Source: Polyangiaceae bacterium (GTDB lineage: Bacteria; Myxococcota_A; Polyangia; Polyangiales; Polyangiaceae). Taken from it: a stretch of 64,000 nt of DNA. Numbering within the stretch: position 1 is the stretch's first letter; every line of letters starts with the position of its first letter. The notes beneath the pieces are model-generated. The model made no database searches. It worked only from the letters and a program-made list of their open reading frames with translations, and was not told the DNA's origin. Positions 20,927-31,812 of the stretch are shown here, one piece after another. The translations under genes were made by a program, and so were the position numbers. The stretch covers positions 640,001-704,000 of the forward strand of contig CBDCTZ010000012.1 in assembly GCA_965222375.1 (NCBI GenBank), in the 5' to 3' direction.

Positions 20927-22171
20927 ATGTCCAAGAGTTTGTACCCGCTCGGTGAGGTTCCGCCCCTCGGTCATGTACCCGAACGCATGCTCGCGCAGGT
21001 GATACGCAAGGAGCGATTTGGCGAACCTAGAGACGCTTTCAAGCAAGAGGAGCTGACGGTTCCCGAAATCGGACCCGAGGACGTGCTCGTCTACGTCATG
21101 GCTGCGGGGGTCAACTACAACAACGTTTGGGCTGGCCTAGGGCTGCCGATCGACGTCATCAAAACACGCCAGAAGCAGGGCGAGAAAGAGGACTTCCACA
21201 TTGGCGGCTCAGATGCGAGCGGCGTGGTGTGGAAGGTCGGAGACAAGGTCACGAACCTGAAGGTCGGCGACGAAGTAGTCGTGCACTGTGGGCACTGGAA
21301 GTCCGATGATCCTCACGTAGCTAGCGGGAAGGATCCCATGCTGGCGTCGTCTCAACGTATTTGGGGGTACGAGACCAATTTCGGCAGTTTTGCCCAATTC
21401 ACCAAAGTGCAAGCGCATCAGTGTTTGCCCAAGCCGCCGCACCTTTCATGGGAGGAGTCCGCTGCATACATGCTGGTGGGAGCCACCGCCTACCGCATGC
21501 TCCACGGCTGGGCCGGCAACACCATCGCCGAAGGCGATGCGGTTCTGATTTGGGGTGGCGCGGGTGGGCTCGGTTGCATGGCAATTCAAATCGTGGCTGC
21601 CGCGGGCGGCAAAGCGGTCGCGATCGTGAGCAGCGACGACAAGGTGGAGTACTGCAAAAAGCTGGGCGCCGTGGGCGTCATGAACCGAAAAGACTTTCAC
21701 CACTGGGGCATGCTGCCGCACTGGAAGGACGACGCCGGCTATGCCGAATGGGTCGGCCAGGCCAAGGCCTTCGGGCGTGCGTTTTGGGAGGCACTAGGCG
21801 AAAAGCGCAATCCCCAGATCGTCTTCGAGCACCCCGGCGAGGCGACCATTCCGACGTCCATTTTCGTTTGCGACACCGGTGGCATGGTTGTGGTTTGCGC
21901 CGGCACCACCGGCTACAACGCGACCCTGGATCTGCGCTATCACTGGATGCGCCAGAAGCGGCTGCAAGGTTCCCATTTCGCCAATGACGACCAAGCCAAG
22001 GGCATCAACGACTTGGTCATCGATGGCAAGGTCGACCCTTGCATGTCCCAGGTCTTTCCGTTCCATGAGACGGGCACGTCTCATCAGTTGATGAGGGACA
22101 ACAAGCACCCCAACGGGAACATGTCGATCCTCGTCAACGCGACTGAGCGCGGGCACAAGACCCTGAAGTAG
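20927..22171 (+). CDS. ccr: Crotonyl-CoA carboxylase/reductase
   Basis: [54 protein letters not shown]. Confidence 0.95.
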   Translation: MSKSLYPLGEVPPLGHVPERMLAQVIRKERFGEPRDAFKQEELTVPEIGPEDVLVYVMAAGVNYNNVWAGLGLPIDVIKTRQKQGEKEDFHIGGSDASGVVWKVGDKVTNLKVGDEVVVHCGHWKSDDPHVASGKDPMLASSQRIWGYETNFGSFAQFTKVQAHQCLPKPPHLSWEESAAYMLVGATAYRMLHGWAGNTIAEGDAVLIWGGAGGLGCMAIQIVAAAGGKAVAIVSSDDKVEYCKKLGAVGVMNRKDFHHWGMLPHWKDDAGYAEWVGQAKAFGRAFWEALGEKRNPQIVFEHPGEATIPTSIFVCDTGGMVVVCAGTTGYNATLDLRYHWMRQKRLQGSHFANDDQAKGINDLVIDGKVDPCMSQVFPFHETGTSHQLMRDNKHPNGNMSILVNATERGHKTLK

Positions 22172-22232
22172 TGACGCCCCGGGCGTCCAAGGGTGGGCAG
22201 ATGTATGCCCGTTCAGATGCTAGCGCCCGCCG

Positions 22233-22373
22233 TTACTGCGCTGACGTGCTCGCGGCGGTCGTCTTGCCGACCATCCCGCTCGCGCTGTAGTTGAGTCCCA
22301 GCATCACCACTAGACCGATGCCGAAACCGATCATGAGGTCCTTCACCAACTTCTTTGGCTGAACTAGCAACAT
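22233..22373 (-). CDS. Small membrane protein (46 aa)
   Basis: MLLVQPKKLVKDLMIGFGIGLVVMLGLNYSASGMVGKTTAASTSAQ, one TM; directly downstream of a sigma54-like promoter. Confidence 0.5.
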   Translation of the reverse strand: MLLVQPKKLVKDLMIGFGIGLVVMLGLNYSASGMVGKTTAASTSAQ

Positions 22374-22385
22374 GTCGCCCGCACA

Positions 22386-22402
22386 AGCAAGACGTATGCC
22401 AG
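22386..22402 (-). promoter_or_regulatory. Sigma54 -24/-12 promoter
   Basis: Minus strand CTGGCAT-ACGTC-TTGCT matches TGGCAC-N5-TTGCW. Confidence 0.6.
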
Positions 22403-22577
22403 GGGTTTGGTTCGACAAAGTCCCATGAAAACCGAGTTTGTGCCACGGGGAGTGTGCCATTTCAGGGTCATTCCGCCGTGCCCGACAGGGCACAGGTGGG
22501 GCATTGCTGACCCAGCGCATACCCAAGGTCCCCAAGCGCGCTAGGGTGCGCGTCCCGACCTCGAGGAGGACGAAGCG

Positions 22578-23771
22578 ATGAAGAAACTCGACAAAGAAAT
22601 CTGGATTGTCTCGGCGAAACGCACTCCCTTCGGGACCCTATCGGGCGCCCTGAAGAACGTCACGGCCATCGACTTGGCCGTGCACGCATCCAAAGCGGCG
22701 CTCAGCCAGGCGAAGTTGGAGGGGAGCGATCTGGGTCATGTCGTGCTCGGCAACGTGCAGCAGACCAGCGCAGACGCGCTCTACGGCGCTCGACACGTCG
22801 GGCTCAAGGCAGGAACGCCCGTGGAGGTGCCCGCGCTGACTCTGAACCGGCTCTGTGGCTCTGGTTTCCAGGCCGTGCTCACGGCGGCAGAGCAGATCCT
22901 GCTCGGCGAGGCCAACGCCGTACTCGCCGCCGGCACGGAGAACATGAGCATGGCGCCCCATGTGATGTTCGGGCTGCGCGACGGTGCGAAATTCGGTCGG
23001 CCTCCAAAGCTCGTCGACTCCTTGTGGGAGGCCTTGACGGATAGCTACTCGAACACGCCGATGGCGATTACCGCCGAGAACCTCGCCGAAAAATACGGCA
23101 TCACCCGAGAGCAGGCCGACAGCTTCGCATTGCAGAGCCAGAAACGCTGGGCGGCAGCCCAAGAGAGCGGCGGTTTCGCCGACGAGATTGCGCCGATGGA
23201 AGTCAAGGCTGGGCGAAAGACCATCAACCTGGACCGAGACGAGCATCCGCGACCGGACGCCACTATGGAAGGTCTGGCCAAGTTGCCCCCGGTGTTCAAG
23301 AAGGACGGCATCGTCACCGCGGGCAATGCCTCGGGCATCAGTGACGGCGCGGCAGCTCTCGTCGTCACAGACGCGACCTGGGCCAAGAGCCGCGGACTGA
23401 AGCCCCTGGCCAAGCTGGTTGGCTGGGGCGTTGCGGGAGTAGAGCCGACGTTGATGGGCATCGGCCCAGCACCGGCGATTCGGTCGGCCTTGGATCGAAC
23501 TGGAATTGCTCTGGATGCTGTCGATCTCTTCGACGTCAACGAGGCGTTCGCACCCCAGTTCTTGGCAGTCCAGAAGGAGCTGGGCTTGCCTGACGACAAG
23601 ACCAACGTCAACGGCGGAGCGATCGCCCTGGGTCACCCGCTAGGAGCGAGTGGAGCCCGGATCACGGCGAACTTGATCTACACGTTGCGCAAGCAGCAAA
23701 AGAAGATCGCGGTCGGTGGTGCCTGCATTGGCGGCGGTCAAGGCATCGCCGTCGTGCTTGAAGCCGGTTGA
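22578..23771 (+). CDS. Acetyl-CoA C-acyltransferase (thiolase)
   Basis: LNRLCGSG, NEAFA, GHPLGASG, CIGGGQG; GAGGAG RBS. Confidence 0.95.
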   Translation: MKKLDKEIWIVSAKRTPFGTLSGALKNVTAIDLAVHASKAALSQAKLEGSDLGHVVLGNVQQTSADALYGARHVGLKAGTPVEVPALTLNRLCGSGFQAVLTAAEQILLGEANAVLAAGTENMSMAPHVMFGLRDGAKFGRPPKLVDSLWEALTDSYSNTPMAITAENLAEKYGITREQADSFALQSQKRWAAAQESGGFADEIAPMEVKAGRKTINLDRDEHPRPDATMEGLAKLPPVFKKDGIVTAGNASGISDGAAALVVTDATWAKSRGLKPLAKLVGWGVAGVEPTLMGIGPAPAIRSALDRTGIALDAVDLFDVNEAFAPQFLAVQKELGLPDDKTNVNGGAIALGHPLGASGARITANLIYTLRKQQKKIAVGGACIGGGQGIAVVLEAG

Positions 23772-23799
23772 GGCGTGACAGCGAAGTGCGGTGCGGCTG

Positions 23800-26055
23800 T
23801 CAGGTGGTCGCGCCGACCTTCGTCTTGAATTGAATCTTGCCGTCTGCGTAGTCGACGGTCACCTCGCCGCCATCTTCGAGCTCACCAAACAAAATCTCAT
23901 CGCCCAAGGGGCGCTTCACCTCGTCCTGGATCAACCGGGACAAAGGGCGCGCGCCCATGTCTTTGTCGTAACCTTTGTCGGCCAGATACTCCCGGGCGCT
24001 GTCCGAAAGGCGCAGAACGACATCGCGCTCCTGCAACTGGTCGGCCAGCTCGACAATGAACTTGTCGACGACCTTGCCCATTACCGCTGGCGTCAAGGCG
24101 TCGAAGGAAATCCGAGCGTCCATTCGGTTGCGGAACTCAGGACTGAAGGTGTTCTTGAACGCCACGTCATCCCGCCCCGCACTGGTGCGATCCCCGAAGC
24201 CCACGGGCTTTCGCGCCAGATCCGCCGCTCCGACATTGCTGGTCATGATCAGGATGCCGTGACGGAAGTCGCTCTTCTTGCCGTTGTTGTCCGTCAAAGT
24301 TCCATGGTCCATTACCTGCAGCAGGACGTTGAACACGTCTGGATGGGCCTTTTCGATTTCATCCAGGAGCAAGACGCAGTGGGGCGTCTTGGCGACGGCT
24401 TCGGTCAACAGGCCGCCACGATCGAAGCCGACGTAGCCCGGGGGAGCACCAATCAGGCGACTGACGGTGTGTCGCTCCTGGTATTCGCTCATATCGAAGC
24501 GCACCAATTCGACCCCGAGGGTCTTGGCTAGTTGGCGCGCAGCCTCGGTTTTTCCGACGCCCGTGGGGCCCGTGAAGAGGTAGGAGCCGATGGGCTTGTC
24601 CGGGGGACGCAGCCCGGCCCGGGCGAGCTTCACCGCCGTGGCCAGCTCTTCCATTGCGCGGTCTTGGCCGAAGACGACTTTCTTCAGGTCTTGATCGAGG
24701 TTTTTTAGAGCGGTCTTGTCGTTCGTGGAAACCTGACGTGGAGGGATCTGCGCCATGCGTGCGACGACTTCTTCGATCCGCTCGACGCTCACTTCAGCCC
24801 CCGGCCCGTCCTCGAGTTTGGCGTCCGCACCGCCTTCATCCAGCAGGTCGATGGCCTTGTCGGGCAGCTTGCGATCGTGAAGGTACTTTTGCGCAAGCTT
24901 GGCCGCAGCCTCCAGGGACTCGTCGGTGTAGCTAACGCCGTGGAATTCCTCGTAATGAGGCTTGAGCCCTTTGAGGATCAGCACCGTCTCGTCCACACTG
25001 GGCTCGAGCACTTCAATCTTCTGAAATCGGCGTGCCAAGGCGCGATCCCGCTCCATGTGACTGCGGTACTCCTCAAAGGTCGTCGCTCCGATGCAGCGCA
25101 ACTTGCCGCTGGCCAGCGCCGGCTTTAGCAGGTTGGCCGCGTCCAACGTGCCCCCGCTCGCTGCACCTGCGCCGACGACGGTGTGCAGTTCATCGACGAA
25201 CAACACGGCGCCTTCGATCTTCGTGAGCGCTTTGAGGACCGCCTTCACCCGGCTCTCGAAGTCACCGCGGAACTTGGTACCAGCAACCAAGGAGCCCATG
25301 TCCAGCGCATAGATTTCGGCGTTCTTGATGGCGTCGGGTACTTCCTCTTGAACGATCTTCTGCGCAAGACCTTCCACGATGGCCGTCTTGCCCACACCCG
25401 CGTCGCCCACGAACAGAGGATTGTTCTTCTTCTTTCGCGCTAGCACCTGAATCGCTCGACGGATTTCCTTCTCCCGGCCCACCAGCGGCTCGATCTCACC
25501 GTCGCGGGCCCGTTCGTTCAGGTTGGACGCGAATTTCTCCAGGGGGCTCTGCTCCGGCTCGCGCTGCCCGCCTTCCTCGCCGTCTCCTACCGTTTCCGCC
25601 TCGAGGTCGTCGTCGTCGTCGCCTTTCTCCACGCCATGGGAGATATAGCTCACCACGTCGTATCGGGTGATCCCGTGCTCCCCAAGGAGCTGCAGGGCAG
25701 GGGAGTCGACCTCCGCGAAGATCGCCACCAAAACGTTCTGCCCTTTGAGTTCCTCCTTACCGCTCGACTCGACGTGGATCGCGGCGCGCTGGAGCACGCG
25801 TTGAAAGCCACGGCTGGGTGTGGGATTGGCACTGAGCCCCTCAGGTACCGCCGGAAACTCCTCGTCCAGGAACTTCTCTAGAGCCGCCTTGAGCTTGGTC
25901 ACGTTGCCACCAGACTTCTTCACCACGGTGACCGTGTCGTCATCGTGGAGCAGGGCGTAGAGCAGGTGTTCCACGGTGATCATGTCGTGGCCCCGACGCT
26001 GCGCTTCTCGGAGCGCCAGGGAGCACGCGATCTCGACTTCCGCACTGACTTTCAT
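23800..26055 (-). CDS. clpA: ATP-dependent Clp protease ATP-binding subunit ClpA
   Basis: Clp N domain; two AAA modules ([16 protein letters not shown]); [11 protein letters not shown]; coupled to clpS. Confidence 0.95.
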   Translation of the reverse strand: MKVSAEVEIACSLALREAQRRGHDMITVEHLLYALLHDDDTVTVVKKSGGNVTKLKAALEKFLDEEFPAVPEGLSANPTPSRGFQRVLQRAAIHVESSGKEELKGQNVLVAIFAEVDSPALQLLGEHGITRYDVVSYISHGVEKGDDDDDLEAETVGDGEEGGQREPEQSPLEKFASNLNERARDGEIEPLVGREKEIRRAIQVLARKKKNNPLFVGDAGVGKTAIVEGLAQKIVQEEVPDAIKNAEIYALDMGSLVAGTKFRGDFESRVKAVLKALTKIEGAVLFVDELHTVVGAGAASGGTLDAANLLKPALASGKLRCIGATTFEEYRSHMERDRALARRFQKIEVLEPSVDETVLILKGLKPHYEEFHGVSYTDESLEAAAKLAQKYLHDRKLPDKAIDLLDEGGADAKLEDGPGAEVSVERIEEVVARMAQIPPRQVSTNDKTALKNLDQDLKKVVFGQDRAMEELATAVKLARAGLRPPDKPIGSYLFTGPTGVGKTEAARQLAKTLGVELVRFDMSEYQERHTVSRLIGAPPGYVGFDRGGLLTEAVAKTPHCVLLLDEIEKAHPDVFNVLLQVMDHGTLTDNNGKKSDFRHGILIMTSNVGAADLARKPVGFGDRTSAGRDDVAFKNTFSPEFRNRMDARISFDALTPAVMGKVVDKFIVELADQLQERDVVLRLSDSAREYLADKGYDKDMGARPLSRLIQDEVKRPLGDEILFGELEDGGEVTVDYADGKIQFKTKVGATT

Positions 26056-26408
26056 TTGTCGTCCTCGTCTTCGTCGTCAGCTGGCTCGGCGGTCACCCGC
26101 AGAGGGTGACCATGTTCTTTGGCGTAGGCGATGACTTGGTCTGCCTTGGACTCGGCGACGTCCCGGGTGAAGGAGCCCACGACGCCGTAGCCCTTGTGAT
26201 GGATCTCGAGCATGACCTTGGTGGCGGAGGTCTCGCTGAGGTGGAAGAACTGCATCAACACGTGTACGACGAACTCCATCGTCGTGTAGTCATCGTTGTG
26301 GAAGACGACGTGGTAACGCGGCGCGCGTCGGGTGCGTTGACGCTCTTGGACCGCTAGGTCGCCGTCGCGTTCCTCGTCGGGGGGGCTGGGCATGTCAGGA
26401 GAAGACAT
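26052..26408 (-). CDS. clpS: Clp protease adaptor ClpS
   Basis: [31 protein letters not shown] overlap with clpA. Confidence 0.93.
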   Translation of the reverse strand: MSSPDMPSPPDEERDGDLAVQERQRTRRAPRYHVVFHNDDYTTMEFVVHVLMQFFHLSETSATKVMLEIHHKGYGVVGSFTRDVAESKADQVIAYAKEHGHPLRVTAEPADDEDEDDK

Positions 26409-26537
26409 CGCTAGGACAGCAAATTTGCGCACCGACGGCTCCAGTGTCGAGTCCCCCGCGAATCGGGCACTCGCCAGGCGGTAAAAGCCCGCTGCTTCGA
26501 GCTTTATGGGCCGTCGAGGCCCATGCAATGATGTGGC

Positions 26538-27482
26538 GTGCACGGCCTCCCGGAAGACCTGGTGCAGCCGCCGGGTCGGCCCAGCGGGCTGGATCTGACG
26601 GCCCCCCTCAGGCGCGCCTACGAGCATACCCGGAGGGTGTTGTTCCCTTTCAATGTGAGCAAGTGGCTCACCCTGGGGTTCTCGGCGTGGATCGCGCATT
26701 TGGGGGAAGGCGGCGGAGGAAGCTTCAGCATACCCGATACCAGTGGCGGGCGCGGCCGCGGCTTCTCTCAGCTGGCGGATTTCGTGAGGGACAACCTTGC
26801 GGTGATCGGGATCGTCAGCGGTGTCGTTTTGGTGGTCGCACTAGTCATCACCGCCGCGTTGCTCTTCGTGAGCAGCCGGGGCAAGTTCATCTTCCTCGAC
26901 AATGTGCTGCACAACCGGACCCTCGTAGAAGACCCCTGGCGCAGGTTTCGGGAAGAAGGTAACAGCCTGTTCAAGGTCAGGCTCGTGCTTGCCTTGATCA
27001 CACTTGTGATCATCTTGGCAGCGGCGGGCGCCTTCATCGGGATCGCGTGGGACGACTTGGCAGCCGGGGTCTTTGAAGGGCGCGCGGTGCTCGGCGTGGT
27101 CGTTTCCCTCGGCATTGTGCTTCTGGGTGTTCCCATCTCCGTGCTAGGCGCGCTACTCGAGGACTTCGTACTCCCGACCATGTACCTTGACGGCCCCGAC
27201 TGGCGCGCGGCTGCCGCCCGGGTGCGTTCGGCCCTCTCGGGCCAATGGCTCACCGTGGCAGCCTTCTACTTGCTGCGGATCGGGCTCTCGGTCGGGGCGG
27301 GCGTGATAGCCGTGCTCGTGACCTGCTTCACGTGTTGCATCGCCAGCCTGCCCTTCGTGGGTACCGTGTTCATGCTTCCGGTCATCGTCTTCCTCCGCTC
27401 CTACGTGTGGTTCTTCGTGCAGCAGCTCGGACCCGACTTCCGCCTCTTTCCCCAACCCGACCACGAAGTCCCCATGCCCTAG
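26538..27482 (+). CDS. Multi-pass membrane protein of unknown function
   Basis: About 6 hydrophobic helices; coding-like GC3 bias. Confidence 0.75.
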   Translation: MHGLPEDLVQPPGRPSGLDLTAPLRRAYEHTRRVLFPFNVSKWLTLGFSAWIAHLGEGGGGSFSIPDTSGGRGRGFSQLADFVRDNLAVIGIVSGVVLVVALVITAALLFVSSRGKFIFLDNVLHNRTLVEDPWRRFREEGNSLFKVRLVLALITLVIILAAAGAFIGIAWDDLAAGVFEGRAVLGVVVSLGIVLLGVPISVLGALLEDFVLPTMYLDGPDWRAAAARVRSALSGQWLTVAAFYLLRIGLSVGAGVIAVLVTCFTCCIASLPFVGTVFMLPVIVFLRSYVWFFVQQLGPDFRLFPQPDHEVPMP

Positions 27483-27612
27483 GCCCGTCGAAGCTGCGCA
27501 GCGACGCGCCGGTTTCCTCTGCCCTGCACCAGCTCGACAGCACTTGGTAGGGTTTGCGCAGACACTGGTTTTTGGGGTCGGGTGCAATTTCTCGCTCCCG
27601 GTCCAAGCCCCT

Positions 27613-27790
27613 TCAGCGGATCAGGTCGCTCACGCAGTCCAGCCGAGCGCCCAGGGCGCGTCAGCGGATCGCGCTGCTCAGGGACTCGAGCCGGGCGCCC
27701 AGGGTGCCCCGGCGGCTCAGGCCGCACTGGGACATCAGCCGGGCGGGGCACGTCAGCGGATCAGGCCGCTTACGAAGTCCAGCAGCGCGC
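27613..27790. repeat. Degenerate tandem repeat, about 45-48 bp x4; the last unit is the 3' end of the zinc-ribbon gene
   Basis: Units start at 27613, 27661, 27708 and 27753 with tcagcggatcagg-like heads. Confidence 0.65.
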
Positions 27791-28544
27791 TGCCCGCTTC
27801 AGCCATCTCCACGCTGCGGCGCGCGTTGGTGAAGCGGTTGATACTGCCGGGAGCTCGAAGCGGTTCGAGGGTCCTTTCGACGTCGCGGACTCGGGCGCTG
27901 ACAGCTTTGTCGCGCTCCTCTATTTCCTCGCGCTTGCGCGCGTAGGCCAGGCCACCGGCTTCGACGAAGGCGAGGACTCGAGGCAGCTCGCCGGAATCGA
28001 ACCAGGTGCCGTGCTTGCCGCAGACATCGACGATGACGCCGCTGGAGCGACCGAAGTTACGGCGAGTCATGATGTCATCGCACACGGGGCATGCGACATA
28101 GCGAACTGGGTTGTCCAAGGGGTTGAAACGCGGCGGGCGTGGGGCGCGAGTGCCGTAGGCTTCGCGTCGCTCGAGCAGCGCTTTGAGCAGGGCGTGGTCG
28201 ACGAATTGGCCGCCGCAGGCATCGCAATCCCTAAGCAGGCCGTCATCCCCCCGGAAAGCATGAAAGTTGAGCTTGCAGTCCGGGCAGCGCAGGCGATCCG
28301 TCTCACTCATTGGCTCGAGCCCGAGCTCATGGCCACAGCCCGTGCAGATCCCAGCGCTCGGTAGATTCACGTGAAAGCAGCGGCCGCAGCGCAGGGTGGC
28401 GATGGGAGTTCCGCAGCTGGGGCATTGACGCGGCTCACCCCGAACGGGCTCGAGGCACATTGGGCAGTTGAGGTGATGCCCGTCAGCTGCCCCTTGGCGT
28501 CGATGGCGATAAGGACCACTTTTGTCCACGCTTCTTGATTGCAC
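27753..28544 (-). CDS. Multi zinc-ribbon protein (double zinc ribbon + TFIIB-type fingers)
   Basis: Seven CxxC motifs plus DVCGKHGTWFDSGEL. Confidence 0.8.
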   Translation of the reverse strand: MQSRSVDKSGPYRHRRQGAADGHHLNCPMCLEPVRGEPRQCPSCGTPIATLRCGRCFHVNLPSAGICTGCGHELGLEPMSETDRLRCPDCKLNFHAFRGDDGLLRDCDACGGQFVDHALLKALLERREAYGTRAPRPPRFNPLDNPVRYVACPVCDDIMTRRNFGRSSGVIVDVCGKHGTWFDSGELPRVLAFVEAGGLAYARKREEIEERDKAVSARVRDVERTLEPLRAPGSINRFTNARRSVEMAEAGSALLDFVSGLIR

Positions 28545-28567
28545 CGAGCAGCTCGGGGAGCAAGGAT

Positions 28568-30544
28568 GTGCCCGTGACAGACCGCGACCGACCCTGGATC
28601 ATGCGTACCTATTCCGGGCATTCCACGCCAGCGGCGTCGAATGCCCTGTATCGGGAAAACCTGGCCCGAGGCCAAACCGGCCTCTCGGTGGCCTTCGACC
28701 TCCCGACCCAGACTGGCTACGACGCAGACCACCCTCTGGCTCGCGGCGAAGTGGGCCGCACCGGCGTCCCGATATGTCATCTCGGAGACATGAAGGAGCT
28801 CTTCGACGGCCTTTCTCTGGCCGAGATGAATACGTCGATGACCATCAATGCCACTGCGGTCTGGCTGTTCGCGCTTTACGCCGCCTGCGCTCAGGAACAG
28901 GGAGCGGACGTCAAGGCACTGCGGGGAACGACCCAGAACGACATCATCAAAGAGTATCTGTCCCGGGGTACTTATGTCTTTCCTCCGGAACCGAGCCTGC
29001 AGCTCACCGCGGATCTGATTCAGTTCACGGTGGAGCACGCCCCCGGCTTCAACCCGATCAACATCTGCAGCTACCACTTGCAGGAAGCTGGCGCGACGTC
29101 CGAGCAAGAAGTGGCCTACGCGCTGTCGACCGCTATCGCCGTACTCGACACGGTGCGGGCCCGAGGAGTGGAGGGCGACGCTCTAACGCGGGTCTTCGGG
29201 CGCTTGTCGTTCTTCGTCAACTCGGGAATTCGTTTCGTCGAGGAAGCCTGCAAGCTCCGTGCTTTCACTGCGCTCTGGGATCGGCTTGGCAAGGAGCGCT
29301 ACGGGATCCAAGACGACCGGGCACGTCGTTTCCGCTATGGCGTGCAGGTCAATTCTCTGGGCCTGACCGAGGCGCAGCCGGAGAACAACATCACACGGAT
29401 TGTGCTTGAGATGTTGGGAGTGACGCTGAGCAAGCGTGCTCGCGCACGGGCGATTCAGCTGCCGGCTTGGAACGAAGCCTTGGGTTTGCCCCGGCCATGG
29501 GATCAGCAATTGTCTTTGCGCTCCCAGCAAATACTGGCCTTCGAAACCGACCTTCTCGAATACCCGGACCTATTTGACGGCTCCAAGGTCATCGAAGCCA
29601 AAACCGGCGAGATAGCCGAAGCTGCTTGGGCGGAGGTGCAGCAGGTGCTGTCCAAAGGCGGGGCCGTGGCGGCGGTGGAGAGCGGCTACCTCAAGGAAGC
29701 CTTGGTGGCGAAGAACGCGGCACGGATCTCCCGCATCGAGCGCGGCGAGCAGACTGTCGTGGGCGTGAACAAGTACACGGAGACGGCTGACAATCCGCTG
29801 ATGACGGGAGGCGGCGCGGAGTCGATCCTGCGCGTGGATCCGCAGGCGGAAGCAGAACAACAGGAGCGCCTGGAGAGATTTCGAAAAGCTCGCGACGCCG
29901 GAGCCGTCGCCGGCGCATTGGAAGAGTTGTCCGTGGCGGCCCAAAAGGGTGAAAACCTGGTGGTGTCATCCATCGCCGCCGCCCGCGCCGGCGTGACGAC
30001 CGGCGAGTGGGGTCAAGCGCTGCGAGACGTCTTCGGCGAGTTCCGTGCACCCACCGGCGTTGGGGGTGCCGTTACGCCCGAGTTGGGCCAGAGCTACGCC
30101 AGCCTGCGCGAAAAGGTTGCCGAGTTGGCGCAGACGCTGGGGCGCCGGCCCAAGTTCTTGATCGGAAAGCCCGGGCTCGATGGTCACTCGAACGGCGCCG
30201 AACAAATCGCTTTACGCGCTCGCGACGCCGGCTTCGAAGTCGTCTACGAGGGTATTCGCACGACTCCCCAAGCCATCGCCCATGCGGCGGCGCAAGAAGG
30301 TGCGCACGTGGTCGGTCTGAGCATTCTGAGCGGCTCCCATATGGAACTCGTGGTCGACACTCTGCGTGCCCTCGAAGGCGTTGGCGCCCAAACCGTGCCA
30401 CTGGTTGTCGGCGGCATCATTCCCGACGCCGACGTGCCGCCCCTGAAAAGCGCGGGCGTCGCCGCGGTCTACACACCAAAGGACTTCCAGATCGCGAGCA
30501 TCCTCGAGGATCTCGTGACGGTCGTGCAGCGAGCACAGCAGTGA
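28568..30544 (+). CDS. ecm: Ethylmalonyl-CoA mutase (B12-dependent, MeaA/Ecm)
   Basis: RDRPWIMRTYSGHS, FRYGVQVNSLGLTE, KPGLDGHSNGAEQIA B12-binding motif; start codon approximate. Confidence 0.92.
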   Translation: MPVTDRDRPWIMRTYSGHSTPAASNALYRENLARGQTGLSVAFDLPTQTGYDADHPLARGEVGRTGVPICHLGDMKELFDGLSLAEMNTSMTINATAVWLFALYAACAQEQGADVKALRGTTQNDIIKEYLSRGTYVFPPEPSLQLTADLIQFTVEHAPGFNPINICSYHLQEAGATSEQEVAYALSTAIAVLDTVRARGVEGDALTRVFGRLSFFVNSGIRFVEEACKLRAFTALWDRLGKERYGIQDDRARRFRYGVQVNSLGLTEAQPENNITRIVLEMLGVTLSKRARARAIQLPAWNEALGLPRPWDQQLSLRSQQILAFETDLLEYPDLFDGSKVIEAKTGEIAEAAWAEVQQVLSKGGAVAAVESGYLKEALVAKNAARISRIERGEQTVVGVNKYTETADNPLMTGGGAESILRVDPQAEAEQQERLERFRKARDAGAVAGALEELSVAAQKGENLVVSSIAAARAGVTTGEWGQALRDVFGEFRAPTGVGGAVTPELGQSYASLREKVAELAQTLGRRPKFLIGKPGLDGHSNGAEQIALRARDAGFEVVYEGIRTTPQAIAHAAAQEGAHVVGLSILSGSHMELVVDTLRALEGVGAQTVPLVVGGIIPDADVPPLKSAGVAAVYTPKDFQIASILEDLVTVVQRAQQ

Positions 30545-31524
30545 GCTCAGAGGGCCCGGGCCTGGACGCGTTGACTGCAGGAGTGCTTGCGCGAGACCTG
30601 TCCAGCGTGGCTCGGGCGCTATCTCTGGTCGAAGACACGCGTTTGGAGCAACGACCTCGGGCCCTGGCGCTGCTTTCCGCGCTCCACCGCGTCGGGCGAG
30701 ATCGTGGCCATCGGGTCGGTGTGACGGGTCCGCCGGGTGTGGGCAAGAGCTCGCTGCTCAACCGCCTGGTCCAGTCCTACCGCGCAGCCGGGCGAAGTGT
30801 GGGAGTCATCGCGATTGACCCGAGTAGCCCGCGCAGCGGCGGCGCGCTGCTCGGCGATCGGGCGCGCATGGTTCTGGATGCTGCAGATCCGGAAGTCTTC
30901 GTGAGGAGCATGGCCAGCGGCGGTCAGCTCGGAGGCCTCTCCCGCGCCGCTGGCGCCGCCGTCGATGTGCTGACCGCTGCCTACGACATGATCTTCGTCG
31001 AGACGACGGGAGTGGGTCAGAGCGAGACGGATGTGGAGCATGTGACCGACACCGTCGTGTTGGTGATTCAACCCGCGTCCGGCGATGTCCTCCAATTCAT
31101 CAAATCCGGCATCGTGGAGATCCCGGACATCTTCGCGATCAACAAGGCCGACTTGAAGGACGTCGCAGCCCGGGCCGTGTCCGAACTGAAGGCCGCAATT
31201 CGCGTCGCAGACAAAGCCCACGATCCCGAGGCGGTGCTGTCGCTCAGCGCCACGGAAGACATTGGGATCGACGCTCTGACCCAGGCCCTGGACGAGCATC
31301 GCAGTGCGCTGGCGACTCGTGGGCAGTTGCTGTCCCGCCGGACGCATAAGGCGGCCAGGTGGGCCATGCGGCTACTGGAGTCGGATGTATGGGAAGCGCG
31401 GCTGCGCGCCCTCGGTGGCGCAAGCACGACCCTGAATCGCCTGACGGCGGCCATTCATGCGGGCCAAAGCGCCGTCGAGGCCGTCAACGCACTCGGCGTT
31501 GACGAGCTGGCAAAGGACCGCTAG
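30541..31524 (+). CDS. meaB: Mutase-associated GTPase chaperone MeaB
   Basis: GPPGVGKS, DPSS..GGALLGDRARM, ETTGVGQSE, INKAD; GTGA overlap with ecm. Confidence 0.9.
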   Translation: MSSEGPGLDALTAGVLARDLSSVARALSLVEDTRLEQRPRALALLSALHRVGRDRGHRVGVTGPPGVGKSSLLNRLVQSYRAAGRSVGVIAIDPSSPRSGGALLGDRARMVLDAADPEVFVRSMASGGQLGGLSRAAGAAVDVLTAAYDMIFVETTGVGQSETDVEHVTDTVVLVIQPASGDVLQFIKSGIVEIPDIFAINKADLKDVAARAVSELKAAIRVADKAHDPEAVLSLSATEDIGIDALTQALDEHRSALATRGQLLSRRTHKAARWAMRLLESDVWEARLRALGGASTTLNRLTAAIHAGQSAVEAVNALGVDELAKDR

Positions 31525-31540
31525 AGGCGAATCCCGGCGA

Positions 31541-31681
31541 TCAGGTCGCGGTCTTGGCGGGCCCTTTGGGCTTGGCGTCTTCGGCGTTCTGCTCTGCCCG
31601 CTTCAGCTCCCAGAGCATGTTCTTCTTGGCGCGGCGCTTGCGCTGCTTGCGTCGGGTGCGCGGGTCTTGGGGTGTTGACAT
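31541..31681 (-). CDS. Small basic protein (46 aa), absent from the ORF track
   Basis: Manual translation MSTPQDPRTRRKQRKRRAKKNMLWELKRAEQNAEDAKPKGPAKTAT; strong GC3 codon bias. Confidence 0.6.
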   Translation of the reverse strand: MSTPQDPRTRRKQRKRRAKKNMLWELKRAEQNAEDAKPKGPAKTAT

Positions 31682-31812
31682 AGCGGGCGGGGTTTATCAG
31701 AGGCCTGGGGGCAGCGCCAGGCCGAAAAATGGCTGGCCGGCCGTCGAAGGCCAAGTAGCGTGCAAATCCCGCTGTTTGCCCAGATTTTGCTGTCGGAAGG
31801 GGGGTTCTAAGA

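Noticed and set aside
27613..27790. Possible CRISPR array
   Set aside because: Repeats are degenerate along their whole length, lack unique spacers, and no cas genes are present.
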